A stretch of 64,000 nt of DNA from Octopus sinensis. Lineage: Eukaryota. Where the stretch lies: the NCBI RefSeq assembly GCF_006345805.1, contig NC_043012.1, positions 5,022,001 through 5,086,000 of the forward strand. The letters are read 5' to 3'. Position numbers and translations under genes: made by a program. This document shows positions 41,317-55,968 of the stretch, in pieces (position 1 is the first letter of the stretch; each line of letters opens with the position of its first letter). The notes beneath the pieces were generated by a model, which saw only the letters and a program-made list of their open reading frames with translations, had not been told where the DNA came from and made no database searches.

Positions 41317-42584
41317 ATATATATGAATGTATAAGTTGAGTATTTTTTTCCGTTTGATGTATATATTAATCAACATATGTATGTGGTCAGCAAAGTTGCC
41401 TCTAATCATTTGTGATTTGTCCTGAACTGTAAAAAAATACAAAAAAACGCTATGTCCACCGATAAAAGTTGAACCAGGCTGCTTTTCGTATAGAAAATAG
41501 GCAAACGTCCTTTGCACTGTGTATATCTCAGTCTACCTCCATATATGGACATGTGAGTCAGGCTTGAAACATATGTGTGAATATGTTAATATATTCATAT
41601 GGTTACCAATATATACTTGTGTGTGGTTGTCTGTGTGCGCACGTCTATGTATTTTCATTGTTATATCAATGTATGCGACCGTCAGAATATATATTAGTAT
41701 ATATTTTATTTTCGTATGCGCTTGTATATATATTTGTATGCAAATATCTGTTCATTTGTGAACGCCGCAAGTCTATATAATTCTGTATAACTATGTATGT
41801 ATGTATGTATGTATGTATGTATGTATGTATGTATGTATGTCTGACGTATGTAGATTATTTCCAATTATTCATGTATGTGAGTATGCGTGGCTTGTGGAAC
41901 AACAAGTTGGATGGATTACTTGCAAGCGGGGATTGTAGCTTGAGTAGGAGTGGGCAAAGCATTAAAGAACAAACAAACATGGCGGCGAAGAGAAAATTTG
42001 TTCGGTTTTCTAATGGCGTAAAGTAGGGCGAACAGAGGTTAGATTTAATAGGATTTCTGTGGGGCGGAAGTCAGAAGATTCGAAAGAATGTTGTGTAAAC
42101 GACTCCATCATATTGGATAGAACGGATTTACAGGTTAAATCCTATTACAATCGAATTGACAGCTCAGCCATCAGGTCACACAACTTATATACACTTGCAT
42201 ACACACAGCGCATGCTCGCACACTCATATACATACACACAAGCGCACAGACACATACACAGCATACCACTTAACACAACCACTGAAGCACACGTAGCGAA
42301 AATCATATTGTTATATGCATATGTGCGTGAATATACGTATGTCTGTATGTATTATGTACGTATGCGTTTATGGAGACAGAGAAAGGGAGAAAGGGGGAGA
42401 ATAGAGAAAGAGTGAAGGATAAGGTGTGACGCACAAAGACAAATGGACAGATAGACAGGAGGGGGAAATTTACTCTTCGGTCTCTTGAAATTCTCACATA
42501 TTTCGAGAGACAAAAACATATACGACACATAGGCACACATGCATATGGATTCATAAACATATAATATATGGGTGTATGAAAGTG

Positions 42585-42661
<77 letters not shown>

Positions 42662-43509
42662 CTCTCTCTATATATATATATAACTATATATCTCTCTCTG
42701 TCTATATATATATATATATCTATGTATATATATATATATCTATATCAATCTATATATCTATATATATGTATATATACATACACACATACAGATATATATA
42801 TATATATGTGTGTGTGTATGTATGTATGCATGTATGTTTGTATGTAACTGTGCTTGTGTCCCTGTGTAAGAGTGCGTGTGTGGGACTGGAGGCAACGTTA
42901 CATTTAAACATTTGTGTTTATGTAAATTTCAATGAATGGAGATTTGACAGTCCCATACAAACATGAGTCGTCAAAAGTACAAAGGTCAATAAAGGAAAAG
43001 ACATGAAACACACACACACACTGGAGCGAACATAAGAATATATACTTTATTATTGTCATTTCTTCATCGGCAGACTTACAAATGTAAGAGTTCTGTGTTT
43101 TGTGAATGGTGATTATCAAATTCTAGTCTAGTCGAGGGTTAGTCTTCTCTTGTGCAGATTATGTTCATATGAACAGTTTTTGACACTCCATATATGACCT
43201 TCCCATTCAACCTTTAAGTAGCTACTATAACTAGACTTAGGATGAACACTGGAAAGGCCTCCCGATGTCTCCTCCACGCAGGTAAGATTTGAACTCAGAG
43301 GTGGAAAATATACTGTATAGCATTTCTACCGATGCGTCAACGATTGTGACTCTCCAATCTGCAAAGTGAAATTAAATGATGTGTTTTGCCCAAGAAATAA
43401 ACGCGCCACCCAGTCCGGGAATCGAGACCACTTTCTAGCGATCGTTAGTACAATACCGTAACCAGTAGGCTACGACCCTTCACAGTTTTCATACATATAT
43501 ACACACACA

Positions 43510-43635
43510 CCATATGGTTGCGGCTTCAGTAACACTGCGTGGCAATTTGGACAAGTGTTTTCTACTACAGCCTCGGGCCGACCAAAGACTTGCGAGTGGA
43601 TTTGGTAGACGGAAACTGAAAGAAGCCGGTGGTCG

Positions 43636-43714
<79 letters not shown>

Positions 43715-43954
43715 TGTATGTATGTATGTATGTATGTATGTGTGTATGTATGTATGCATGTATATATGTGTGTGTCTGTATTTGTACCCCCACTCCCACT
43801 ACACCATCACTTGACAACCAATGTTAGTGTATTTACCGAAAGAATAAATACTAGGCTTACAAAGAATAAGTCCTGGAGTCGATCTGTTCGACCAAAGGCA
43901 GTGCTGTAGCTTGGCTGCAGTCAAGTGACTAAAACGAATAAAAGAATAAAAGAA
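43510..43954 (+). mobile_element. SINE family B, 5'-eroded
   Basis: Core, internal (TA)n(TATG)n and tail. Confidence 0.85.
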
Positions 43955-43967
43955 TATATATATATAT

Positions 43968-44078
43968 TTAGGTGTTTTCGCTCAATAAACACTCACAATG
44001 CCTGGTCTGGGAATTGAAAAACCACGATCCTACGACCGTGAGTCCGTTGCCCTAACCACTGGGCCATTGCGCCTCCAC
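43968..44078 (-). mobile_element. SINE family A, head only
   Basis: Matches 20252-20362. Confidence 0.88.
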
Positions 44079-44103
44079 ACTGTACACACACACACACACA
44101 CAA

Positions 44104-44134
<31 letters not shown>

Positions 44135-44168
44135 TATGTAAATACATGAATGACAGGGCTGTGGAAAC

Positions 44169-44207
<39 letters not shown>

Positions 44208-44819
44208 ATAGACACTGAAGCATATCTATACGCGTGTAAAAATTGAATGCCGCTTGAACTCTCGTCCTGAACGAATTAATTCCAATAATGGCTATATGAA
44301 ACGGTTTCTTCCCTGGAATCTATTCAGCAATAATTCTTGAACCATTTCCATATGATTTAATATATTCACTTCATTTAATGCTATAAGCGTTTATATACCC
44401 ACAACATTCGCCTCAAACCTGCATCCAGTAAGCCCCAAAATACACACATGTATATCATTTATATCTATTATTCAACCAATGCCCAGTTTCATATACAAGT
44501 ATTGCGTGTATTTCCTGTAAGTTTATTCTGTATGTTTTGCTATTTTATATTATATATTATCTAATCTGATTCTACCGTTTATTTCTGTCCGAAGATAACG
44601 TTCGTAAATCTCGTAGTGACGATTCGCTAAGCTCCTGGATTCTAATAAATAAAAATACATCATAAAACTTTTTCTGAACTATTCCCATTTCTCTTATATT
44701 TATAATTCTTGGGCTAAAACTTCTTGCGCAGGAGTGGCTGTGTGGTAAGAAGCTTGCTTCTGGTATATCGCTTGTTAGTCGAATTGCTGTCTTTGTTTGT
44801 AACACACGTGGCTACTGCT

Positions 44820-45676
44820 AGGTTGCACTCAACAACACCGTTAAAAACGGATGAAGTGGTACTTCTACCCGTATACTTGGGGAGACGTGCTTCCAGGGTT
44901 AGGGTGGAAGTCATACCACCAGAAGTGGATGTAGCCTGCCTGGTAGCCGCCATACTGCTAGGCAAGAAGGAGAAGATGGTGGTTCTCCAGGCCACCAGAA
45001 CACTCCATAGGAACTGGCAAGGGTAAAACCTGGACATGGTGGCATAGGTTTTCTCGGAAGATATCGAAAGTATAAGGAAACTATTATAATCGGTGACGTT
45101 ACACTAAAAGTTAAAGTTTAAGGGAGGATCCATGCTGCTATAAATGTGGTCAGAATGGTCACATAAGAGCGGATTGTCCTCGACCACCTGTGAAGGCTAA
45201 GGAAAGGCAAGACCCCGAGAAAGTAGCTGACACCGTGGAGGCTGAGGAGAGGCGTGAGAAGGAGAGTGAAATACCACCACAGAAGAAAACAAGTACCAGA
45301 GTCGAGGAAGAGGAGGTGAACCCCAGCTGTGAAACGGCGGGAAAATAGAAGGAAGAGAAGAAAAAGGACACAAGTGGTAAAGAATGACACCCAACCCACA
45401 CCCACCCGGCTCCCACCAACCCTACCCATGCCCTGCCTGACATAAACACAAGAGCAAACACACAGGAGCCCCAAATTTCCCCACTTGGATAAATTTGTTA
45501 TATTGTATAACAGGAAAAAAGAACTTTGCAATGAGGTTAAGATATTGGACAAAGCGATAGAAATGGACGTAACAAGGGTAGGAGGATTGCCCGAGGACGT
45601 TTGCTGTGCAGTGGCGGATCCAAAATACCTCTCGAGATTAACGAATTACGAGGTGAGCATCGACTTTGACTGGTGA
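44820..45676 (+). mobile_element. LINE ORF1 (gag-like, CCHC zinc knuckle) remnant, probably Tx1/L1 clade
   Basis: STTPLKTDEVVLLPVYLGRRASRVRVEVIPPEVDVACLVAAIL, then CYKCGQNGHIRADC at 45136-45177, then a charged linker; frameshifted. Confidence 0.7.
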
Positions 45677-45986
45677 GTTAAGAAAATGGAGATCAGCACA
45701 ATGCCAAAAAGGGTGAGCTATGCTTATATTTTAAAAGAATTTAATATAGACAATCTCCAAAAAATTAGGGAATTAGCCGTTACAAATGGTACTATTAATG
45801 TTATTTTAAAAACGTTCTATTAACAGGATCATTTCATTTGTCATTTTTAATTATATTAAATTCATCATTCCCATTCGTTTTTTTTTTCTACCCCATTTTG
45901 TGCTGTCGCCTCTATATAAGGCCTTCATGGCCAATTTCATGAAATAAAGAAGTTTCATTCCCAACCACATGATTCCGAGTTCAGTT

Positions 45987-46029
<43 letters not shown>

Positions 46030-47180
46030 ATATATATATATCCAAAATATGAAACAAGACCGCAACAAAGGACAATCATACATCCGGACTGATAGACAAT
46101 ACGTACAGGGACTGGAAAAACAAGGACGAGTCATTCGTTGCCTTAATGTGTATGTATTTGTGTGTCTGTGTTTGTCCCCTGCCATCGATTGACAAACGAT
46201 ATTGGTGTGTATACGTCCGTGTAACTTAGCAGTTTGCCTATCAGACCGATAAAATAAGTACCAGGTTTACAAAGTATAAGTCCTGCAGGGGATTTCTTCA
46301 ACTAAAAATGACGATGCTCCAGCATGGCTGCAGCCAAATGGATGACACAAGTAGAGGAATAAAAGAATACACACACACACACACATACACACACACCACA
46401 CACACATACATATATATATATTAAGCTATATAGGAAGACATTAAAAGTATATGTATTTGTATATATGCTTCTTTTTGTTTGACTTACTGTGAGTGTGTGA
46501 TTGTGTGTGTATGTATGTGTGTGTGTGTGTGTGTGTCTGTGTGTGAATACATACATATATTGATAGGGACATTTTCGAATGTAAATTGACGTTTTCCTAT
46601 TTAATACATGCACATATGAAAAATCCCACGGGTACCCATATGAACTTACGTGCATATAAAGATACATACGCCCGAGCTGACCTGTAGATATATGTATATG
46701 GATACACATACATAAACACATACACACATGAATGGATGTTTGTATGTGTGTATGTGTGTATTTGTTTGTACATGTGTGTATCTCTCTATATAAATATATA
46801 TACATCTATATATATATATATGTATATATATATATGTATATATATATATGTAATATGTATATATACATACACACACACTCATATAATATATATATATATA
46901 TATATACAAATCACATTTTACATATAACCAATCACATGATTTATTAGTCCTTTCTAAATGGGTCCATCATAAAGGCAAACATCTTGCTTGGAAAGAATTG
47001 CAGAGCAAGACACTAAAACACGAGTAGCCATTGTGTCTGTAAGGAAATCTTTCCATAAAATAGAGGGAAGGATGTGGGGAAAGAGAAGGACGTGGGCGTG
47101 AAAGTGAAAATGCATTTCGGTATTAAAATTATCAGAGAAGGAGCGAAGGATCGGGAAACAAAACAAGAAAAAGTGTTGTT

Positions 47181-47223
<43 letters not shown>

Positions 47224-47240
47224 CAGCAGCAGCAGCAGTA

Positions 47241-47296
<56 letters not shown>

Positions 47297-48067
47297 GGGA
47301 ATGGGGTTGCTATTACTACTGTTGAAATCCTGGTCTACTACGATCGAACAGGAATATAATCAAACGTGTGCTAACCATGATGATCAAGCTATTTTTAGCG
47401 GGTATATCTAATACTATATCATCTAATACGGGAGAAGGCGATACGCTCATATACAATGTACAGGCTACCTCGTTGTCCAGTGGTTAAATGTTCAGGCATT
47501 GTGTAACAACTGCATTGTTGTATTTGGACTTCATCTTGTTGCTTGGTCGAGATTCAGCTGTGAGTGGACCTACTAACAAAGACATTCTGCAATGGATGTC
47601 ACCTTCTTATGAAACATTCTAAGACGCCACTATCTAATGACTTCTCTTTTACTTGTTTGAGATAGTAGTGTGCAGTTGAAAAGAAATGTGGTTCTTATTT
47701 CTAGCAGATCCAGCGACCAAGTAGTCGCTCCTATTTACATGATGTTATGTTGATGTTATTCCTGTTTTGCTCAGATCGATTCTTATTGTGGAAAAATATG
47801 GATGAAAAGTGTTCCAGTCGGGAGAACTCTGCCTCTGTATACTCGTGTATACCCGGATTTACATTGTCGTATGGAGAATTTGGAGCGTTACAGAGATGAC
47901 AAACTCAAACCCTCGTATAAGCCAAACTAAAACCAAATCGCAAACGACGCTCTAAATAAATTACCGCATGATTTTGATAAAAAAACATATTTGTTCTGGA
48001 GATTAAAAAAGGTGTGGGTGAAGAGTTAGGGTCGGAGTTAGGATCTGAAATATAATATTAGTGTCAC

Positions 48068-48270
48068 ATTTTGGCACAAGGGCAGCAATTTTGAGGGAGC
48101 GTGCAAGTCATCAATATGGATCCCAGTGCTCAGCTGGTACTTGTTTTATGGAACCCGAAAGGATGGGAGTCAAAGTGGGCATCGGAGGAATTAGAACTCA
48201 GATAGTAAGGACGGACGAAATGCCGCTAAGCATTTTCTCCAGAGTGTTAAGAATTCTACCAGCTCACTGC
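48068..48270 (-). mobile_element. SINE family C, diverged, alternative tail
   Basis: Family C head/core with tail AAATTGCTGCCCTTGTGCCAAAA, also seen at about 18635-18670. Confidence 0.75.
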
Positions 48271-48781
48271 CTGGAACATAATATAATTTTAGACAACCCA
48301 AAAGGATGCATATAAAGGCAAGAAATCCTTGCAGTTCTTGGGGTTCGTCATGTTTATAACTTCTCAGACATCTTTATTTAAGATTATATAAAGTGATTTG
48401 AGGGACATTTAGCACTTATTTTTTGCAGAGCAGGGGACTAAGTATGTCTCTCTATATATTTTTTGAAGTTCCTTTCCGAGTCATACAGATTCATAAGGCG
48501 TACATATTCCGCACCTGGACGGGACGCTGGTCTGTCGCAGGATGACTCACTTTTGCCAGCTGAGTGGACTGGAGCAACGTGAAATGAGGTGTCTTGCTCA
48601 TGGACGCAACGCATCACCTGATACAGGAATCGAAATTACGATCTTATGACGGAACCACTAAGCCACGCTCCTCCACTAGTTTTATTGAGAGATGAATATT
48701 CAACTCTTTCACGCCGACTGAGAAGCCTTGAGCACGGATTATATTTGATAAGAATATTCTTTTCTACTCAAGATACAAGAC

Positions 48782-48972
48782 CCAAAATTTAGGGGGAGGG
48801 GGCCAGCCGATAAGATCGACCCCAGTACGCAACTGGTACTTAATTCATCGACCCACAAAAGGATGAAATCAAAGTCGACCTCGGCGGAATTAGAATTCAG
48901 AATATAAAGACAGACGAAATATCGCTAAGCATTTCACCCGGCGTGCTAACGTTTTTTCCAGCTCACCGCCTT
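48782..48972 (-). mobile_element. SINE family C, monomer
   Basis: Matches the 25127 head and core. Confidence 0.85.
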
Positions 48973-49549
48973 ATATTTGATATAAATATTAAATGGAACT
49001 TCACCAAACAGTAAATATAAATTATAATGTACAAACAAATTGCCGCAAACAGCAACTTGGAAGACATATTAAATGTTTGCTTAGTAAATATTCAAATATA
49101 TTTTAAGTAGATAAGCTGGAAATTAAATTCATTATTGGAATTGGAAAAGCACTTTATTTTAAAGGAAAGAAATTAAAAAAAATATAATTATTCTAAAATA
49201 TATAAAATATAAAATTTTGTAAAATACATAAAGAAAAACTTGTTTGTTTACGTTGTTTTCTTAATGTCTCGTCTGTCTGTGACTAAAGTTTTTTTTGTTG
49301 TTGGTGTTGTAGACGTTGTTGTTTAACTGTATAATGGTTCTAATTGGCTGCATTAATGTACTGTATAATGGGTGTTCAAGTCACGTTATTACCGTCCTTA
49401 GTTCAACGAATGTAGGCACACAAGCATGTCTGTAGTTATCAGGGATTACATTATCCGGCAGTATACACTTGTATCATTTCCTTTTCACTTTAGATGGTTT
49501 GGTATTGATTTTTATTTCTGGCATCCCTAGCGACGACATAGCGGCTCAC

Positions 49550-49604
49550 TTCTTTTTGCAGATCTCCACAAGAAGATTAATAAGTACCCGAAGATCACCG
49601 ACAT
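49550..49604 (-). CDS. Candidate first coding exon encoding a signal-peptide-like sequence
   Basis: ATG...MSVIFGYLLIFLWRSAKR + 1 nt, followed by a GTGAGC donor (phase 1), in a locally CpG-rich patch. No downstream exon identified. Confidence 0.25.
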
Positions 49605-50733
49605 GAAACGCAGACCAGCGGTTCGTGAACGTCTAACGCGCGCACACACACACACACACACACAACACACATACGCATACAAACACACACACACAGCACA
49701 CACACACACAACACACACATACACACACATACGCACACACACATACGCACACACACACACACACGCACACAACACACAGACACACAACACACACAAACAC
49801 TGCTCCGCTTTGTCCTTCACACACATGCACGCAAATATTTGTATATGGGTGTATGTCTATGTGTGCATGTGGGTGGGTGTGTATGTGTGTGAGTGTATGT
49901 GTGTCTGATTGTACAGTTTGTTTCAGCTGTGTTCAATCCTCGTGACGCGACTTCCATGTAACAACCATCATTAGCAGTGTAGCATGAAACTACAATCTAG
50001 AAAAAAGAATTGAGTTTAAAGAAATCATATATTATGTACATAGTAAGTATTCTCGTCCCCATTCGTCGACAGAATATATGGTTTGATTATATTACAAAAC
50101 ACTCTGTACGCATAAACCTAAAGTTCGTGTATCCCAATACACATACGAACACACAGAGACACACATGACTATATGCATACACTCTAACACACCATTCAGA
50201 CACACAACACAGCACCTCGAAATCGATGCAACCTTTTGATCATTCAGTTTTTATTGATACGAATTGTAATTTCGAAAGGGAAACAAAATAGAATAAAGAT
50301 TTATCGTTAAGTGTGTCTCTTGAAACGATTGGTGTTCAATAATAACTTTCAGGCAAAAGACCAAAGGCTAACATACATGGCACTATAAACTGACGTCTTC
50401 ACCTCTTTTCCTGTCAGTTTTGACGTCTTCTGTTTACTTCTCCTCTCTGTGTGTCTTTCTGTCTCAGCCATTTTCTTTCTTTACACACTTTATTTCGTTC
50501 ATTTTAACTACACATTCATTGTGTCGCCATTTTGGCAATTTCTGTTATTCTGTAACGGTGAGATATAGTCTCATCGGTTTATCTGATAACTCGCATCTTT
50601 CTATTTGCTTAACCGGCGGCCTCTCTCCGCTGTCTTATTGTCTTGTCTGCGCGTGTCTGTATGTGTGTATATGTGTGTATGTATGTATGTATGTATGTAT
50701 GTATGTATGTATGTATATATGTATGTATGTATG

Positions 50734-50765
<32 letters not shown>

Positions 50766-50837
50766 CATGTATGTATATATGCCTATATATACATACATAT
50801 ATATATAGTGTGTATATACATATATATACCTACATAT

Positions 50838-50918
<81 letters not shown>

Positions 50919-52718
50919 CGTGTGTGTGTGTATGTGTGTGTGTATTCATATTGTGCTGTCGATCATCTTCTGTATTTCTCCCCACCGCCATTCTCACAAA
51001 ACATGCTCCCAATTTCCGTCGAACTCTTCAGTCATTCCCTCCGGAGACATACATATATGCACATATAAGTGTGTTGTGTGTGTGTCTGTCTGTCTGCCTG
51101 TCTGTGTGTGTATGAAATCGATCTCAATCTCAGACACGCAAGGCAGTGTGAAAGGCAACCACTCTGACCCTCTAAACCATCGATCATCCATATTCCTTTC
51201 ATTATCTCTAAGGTAATGGCGAATATCATAATAAATCGCTTCCATGAATGCAAAGCTTATCTTAGTCTTTACAGTAAGAAAATATGTCAACTTTGGAGTT
51301 TCCTGAATCGGTGGGAAAAGCCATCGCACTATTATTTAGACATCGAGACTTTTGTGTGCTAGAAAACGGGACACAGGCATTTGTTAAAGTTTCATGTGCA
51401 GAACTTGTCCTTTTTTCATCTATTTACCCGGAATATCTGTAAAAGATTTATGTGTAGATTAGCAAGACAAATAGTAGCAAGATAAATCCAGTAAAGTATG
51501 CTGAAGTTGCATTAAAGCTTGTTACTGTCCCCTTAGTCGGTGTGTTTTATATTTTCTAATGGTTTGTGTATCGTCTGCCGGGGTAACCATCTCTCTCTTT
51601 AAAATAAAAAGGTAAGTGATGGACCCTTTACGAAAGAAACTTGCTTCACTCACACGCATAACACGCACACAGACGCACACGCGTGCACACATGCACACAC
51701 TCACATGCACACACAGACACGCATATATATACATATATATATTCCAGGTATGAGGAAGGCGTAAGAAAGTGATGAATACACACAGGTAAATTTCGATATT
51801 TCACGATATTCTGCTACTTTATTTTTGCTTAGATATTTTAACATTTTCGTATCATCTGTCGAGTGGTTGATTTGAAACGTGAAACTTAGATCCACCAAAT
51901 ATGCACAAGATCCAATTCATGTATTGTGAGTTATACAGCACGTATATAACCAAAAACTTTCAATAATCCACACTCGTGCGCACATATGCATGGACAAGTA
52001 TATGTATGCATGTGCATGTATGAATAGATACATACATAAATATACAATATATATACATATATATAATATATATAAGATATATATATATATATATGCATAT
52101 ATATATATGTATACATATATATACATATAATTATATATATATTATATATATAATATATTATATATATATAATATATATATATATACATATATATATGTAT
52201 GTATATATATATATATCGATATACAAAATCACAAAGCTGTCTTATCTCACTCTCTCTATATATATATATGAGTGTGTGTGTATGTGTGTGTGTGTGTGTG
52301 TGTGTTGTGTTATGTACGTACGTGCGTACGTATGAATGCATGTATGAGCAAAAACAAAACTGTGTTTTCTTAGTATACTGATTTGTGTAATACTAATTGA
52401 AATTATAGATAATGTACACTTCGTTAACAAAATTGAGCTTCCCAATTTTTTTGTCCCTCCGTTTAACGAGCCAACGTGACTCTTTCAAACATGTATCTGG
52501 CGTTGCTCATCTGCAGATGTCCTATGTCAACATATATAAACAAGTACATATTTCACATTCTCTCTCCCTCCCACTATTTCTCTCTTTCACTTTCTTTCTC
52601 TCTCTCTCTCTCACTCTGTAACTATCCATTGATTGATCTATCAATCTAACCTGTGAACCAGTTTGTGCATGGGAAGCGCGTATGTGTCAGTGTGTACATG
52701 TATGCGTGTGTTTGTATG

Positions 52719-52756
<38 letters not shown>

Positions 52757-53210
52757 CACACACACATATATAACATATGTATATATATATATATTAATAT
52801 ATAAATATGTATGTATATGTATGTATGCACAAACGTTCATATTTAGGTACACACACACACACACACATATAAAATACAGATATGGAGAAATATATTTACC
52901 ATACACATATATATATGTGTGTGTTTGTTTGTGTGTGTGTATGTCTGCGTGTGTGTGTGTGTATGTCTGCGTGTGTGTGTGTGTGTATTATATGCACGTA
53001 TATTTCAATACGTTTGAGCATTCACGTATTGCGTTGCTTATGATGATTGCTCTCTGACGAAAGTTTAGAGTTTGACATCTTAATCAACGTCACTGGATGA
53101 GTAAGCTTTTCAAAGCGTTACGTGGTTCCAATTGAAACTACACGTACACACCTACAACATACATACTTACATACATACACGCACGCACGTACACACACAC
53201 ACGTACATAC

Positions 53211-53241
<31 letters not shown>

Positions 53242-53879
53242 CATACAATACATACACGCACGTACACACACGCACACACAAGTACATACATACATACTAA
53301 CATACATTCATGCGTATATACATAATTCTATTTTAACCTATTGCGCTCGCGCGCGTTGTGTATGTAACTGTGTGTATCTTCTAGACTAATTTTGTTTCCC
53401 TCCCCACCTGTACAACCGCTGTTGTTACATTTGCGTTCCGGTAATCTCGCAGTTCGCTAAACGAGACATACGTAATATGCGCATGTCTTAAAAATAGAAA
53501 ATTTAAGTATAAGAGTAAATTTACTAGCAAAAAAAACCCACCCTTCAATGCAGAACCCCAGCATGGCCGCAGCCCACTGACTGAAACAAATATAGCATAG
53601 AAGATAAATGTAATCCGACATAGTGGAACAAACACCACCAGGCCGCGCCCTTGATCCCGCCAATCAACGACTATGTTGTCGTTGCATAGCAATCAACGTT
53701 AAACATAACGTAAGAATGCAAAGACCTGTAATTGACTCACAGTTTAGTTTCTCTAACATTACGTATTTTGTACGCCATCTTCTGTAATATCATTTATATA
53801 TTGTAACTAATGAATTAGTGTCAGTGTACTGGGCTTATTCTGATAATGATGGGATCGTGCGTAAACAACAAACAACTGC

Positions 53880-53919
<40 letters not shown>

Positions 53920-54103
53920 GCAAGAACAAAAATAACAGCAACATCAACGATAATAATTGCAACAACAGCAAATAACAAATATTATTGACTTTGAAAGTGT
54001 TAACTTGTTTTGTCGAGATTGAAAATTATCAATGGAGTATTGGAAGGGAACTCAGAGGGGCGAAGGGTGGAGTAAAACATCAGCTTCAAATGAAGATCGA
54101 TCG

Positions 54104-54135
<32 letters not shown>

Positions 54136-54198
54136 CTATCTGTCTCTTTCTATCTATCCATCTATCTATCTATCTCTATATCTATCTATCTATCTCTT

Positions 54199-54271
<73 letters not shown>

Positions 54272-54338
54272 ATCTTTATCTATCTATTTATCTATATCTA
54301 TCTATCTATCTCTTTCTATCTATCTCTTTGTATCTATC

Positions 54339-54377
<39 letters not shown>

Positions 54378-54461
54378 ACATATATATCACTCTCTCTCTC
54401 CCTCTCTCTCTCTCTATATATATATCTATCTATCCACATACATATATATATATATATAATA

Positions 54462-54492
<31 letters not shown>

Positions 54493-54740
54493 ATATATCG
54501 CTCTATCTCTCTATCTATCTATCTCTTTCTATCTATCTATCTATGTTGAAAATTTGCAATAAGGTTTTCACGAAGATTTAGAAATCAGCTTGTTTTGATA
54601 TCATAATTAAGTAATAAACATAAACGTTTTCATTGAAATAGATAATTCTGGAACACCTTGTGCATATATGTGAGTTTGTTTGTATACATACATACATACA
54701 TACATACATACATACATACATACATACATACATACATACA

Positions 54741-54931
54741 ATAATAATTGGAAGACTAATTTTTGTTAATAAAGGAAAATCTGGATAAACTGGGATTTTT
54801 AGAGAGAGAGATTGACCGGCTGATTCGTAAATTACAAGTGCAATCTGTAAGTGGAACAGTAAAAATATGCAAGACTTTTCTCAAGTTCCAAATGTGAATT
54901 TGTCTGTGTTAACTCCATCTCAAAGATGGAG
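54741..54931 (+). mobile_element. RLE-type LINE 3' end (third subfamily) with 3'UTR hairpin
   Basis: IIIG.../KENLDKLGFLEREIDRLIRKLQVQSVSGTVKICKTFLKFQM* (stop at 54895-54897), then hairpin CTCCATCT-CAA-AGATGGAG. Begins right after (CATA)n. Confidence 0.5.
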
Positions 54932-55470
54932 CCTTCTATTTTTGTTGGAAACCGACTCCTTCTTCAGTGGAAAATTTGTAATAATTAAAAAAGTAGGAGA
55001 AGGATTATATTATTATATATTATTGAAGCTTATTGAAAATTTTCAACACATGCTCCGTCTATATCCCTACAAATTCCAAATCTATGTTTAGCATTCTGAA
55101 ATACATTTTCAAACATTTCAGGAGTTATCTCCTGTACTGCTAAGTAAAAGTATTCTTTTTAAGTTCAGCTAAACTACTGCTTCGTCCTCGGGATAGAGAT
55201 ACAGAAGATGATTGCAGCGAAATACAAAACGAGCAGGATACAACAGGAATTAAAATAAAATTATAAAAAGAATATTATGAAGCGTATAATAAGTATACAC
55301 AAAATTTTATACATTTTTAGTACATATAAAGCATGATAAACATAAATTAAAGGGAGTCTCTTAAAAATATTTGCGATTTCACTGAAATAGCTCGTTAATT
55401 CTGGGACACTCTGTATAACTTATGCTCACACGTATTAATATATACTGCAAATTGAGATGTTAAACATTAA

Positions 55471-55630
55471 CAGGAGTGGCTGTGTGGTAAGTAGCTTGCT
55501 TACGAACCACATGGTTCCGAGTTCAGTCCCACTGCGTAGTACCTTGGGAGAATGTCTTCCACTAGAGCCTCGGGCCGACCAAAGACTTGTGAGTGGATTT
55601 GGTAGATGGAAACTGAAAAAAGCCCGTCGT

Positions 55631-55704
<74 letters not shown>

Positions 55705-55968
55705 AGTGTGTGTATGTGTGTGTTGGTGTGTGTGTCTCTGTGTGTGTGTGTGTTTGTATGTGTGTGTACGTTTGTGTGTCTGTGTTTGTCCCCCCCCAAC
55801 ATCGCTTGGCAACCAATGCTGGTGTGTTTACGTACCCGTAACTTAGCGGTTCGGCAAAAGAGACCGATAGAATAATTACTAGTCTTACAAAGAATAAGTC
55901 CTGGGGTCGATTTGCTCGACTAAAGGCGGTGCTCCAGCATGGCCGCAGTCGACTGAAACAAGTAAAGA
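55471..55968 (+). mobile_element. SINE family B, full length
   Basis: Head, internal (TA)n(TG)n and tail. Confidence 0.9.

Noticed and set aside
26953-51753. AG|GT recursive-splice-like sites at about 26955, 43281 and 51747
   Set aside because: CAGGTA is expected many times by chance in 64 kb, and no host gene is established.
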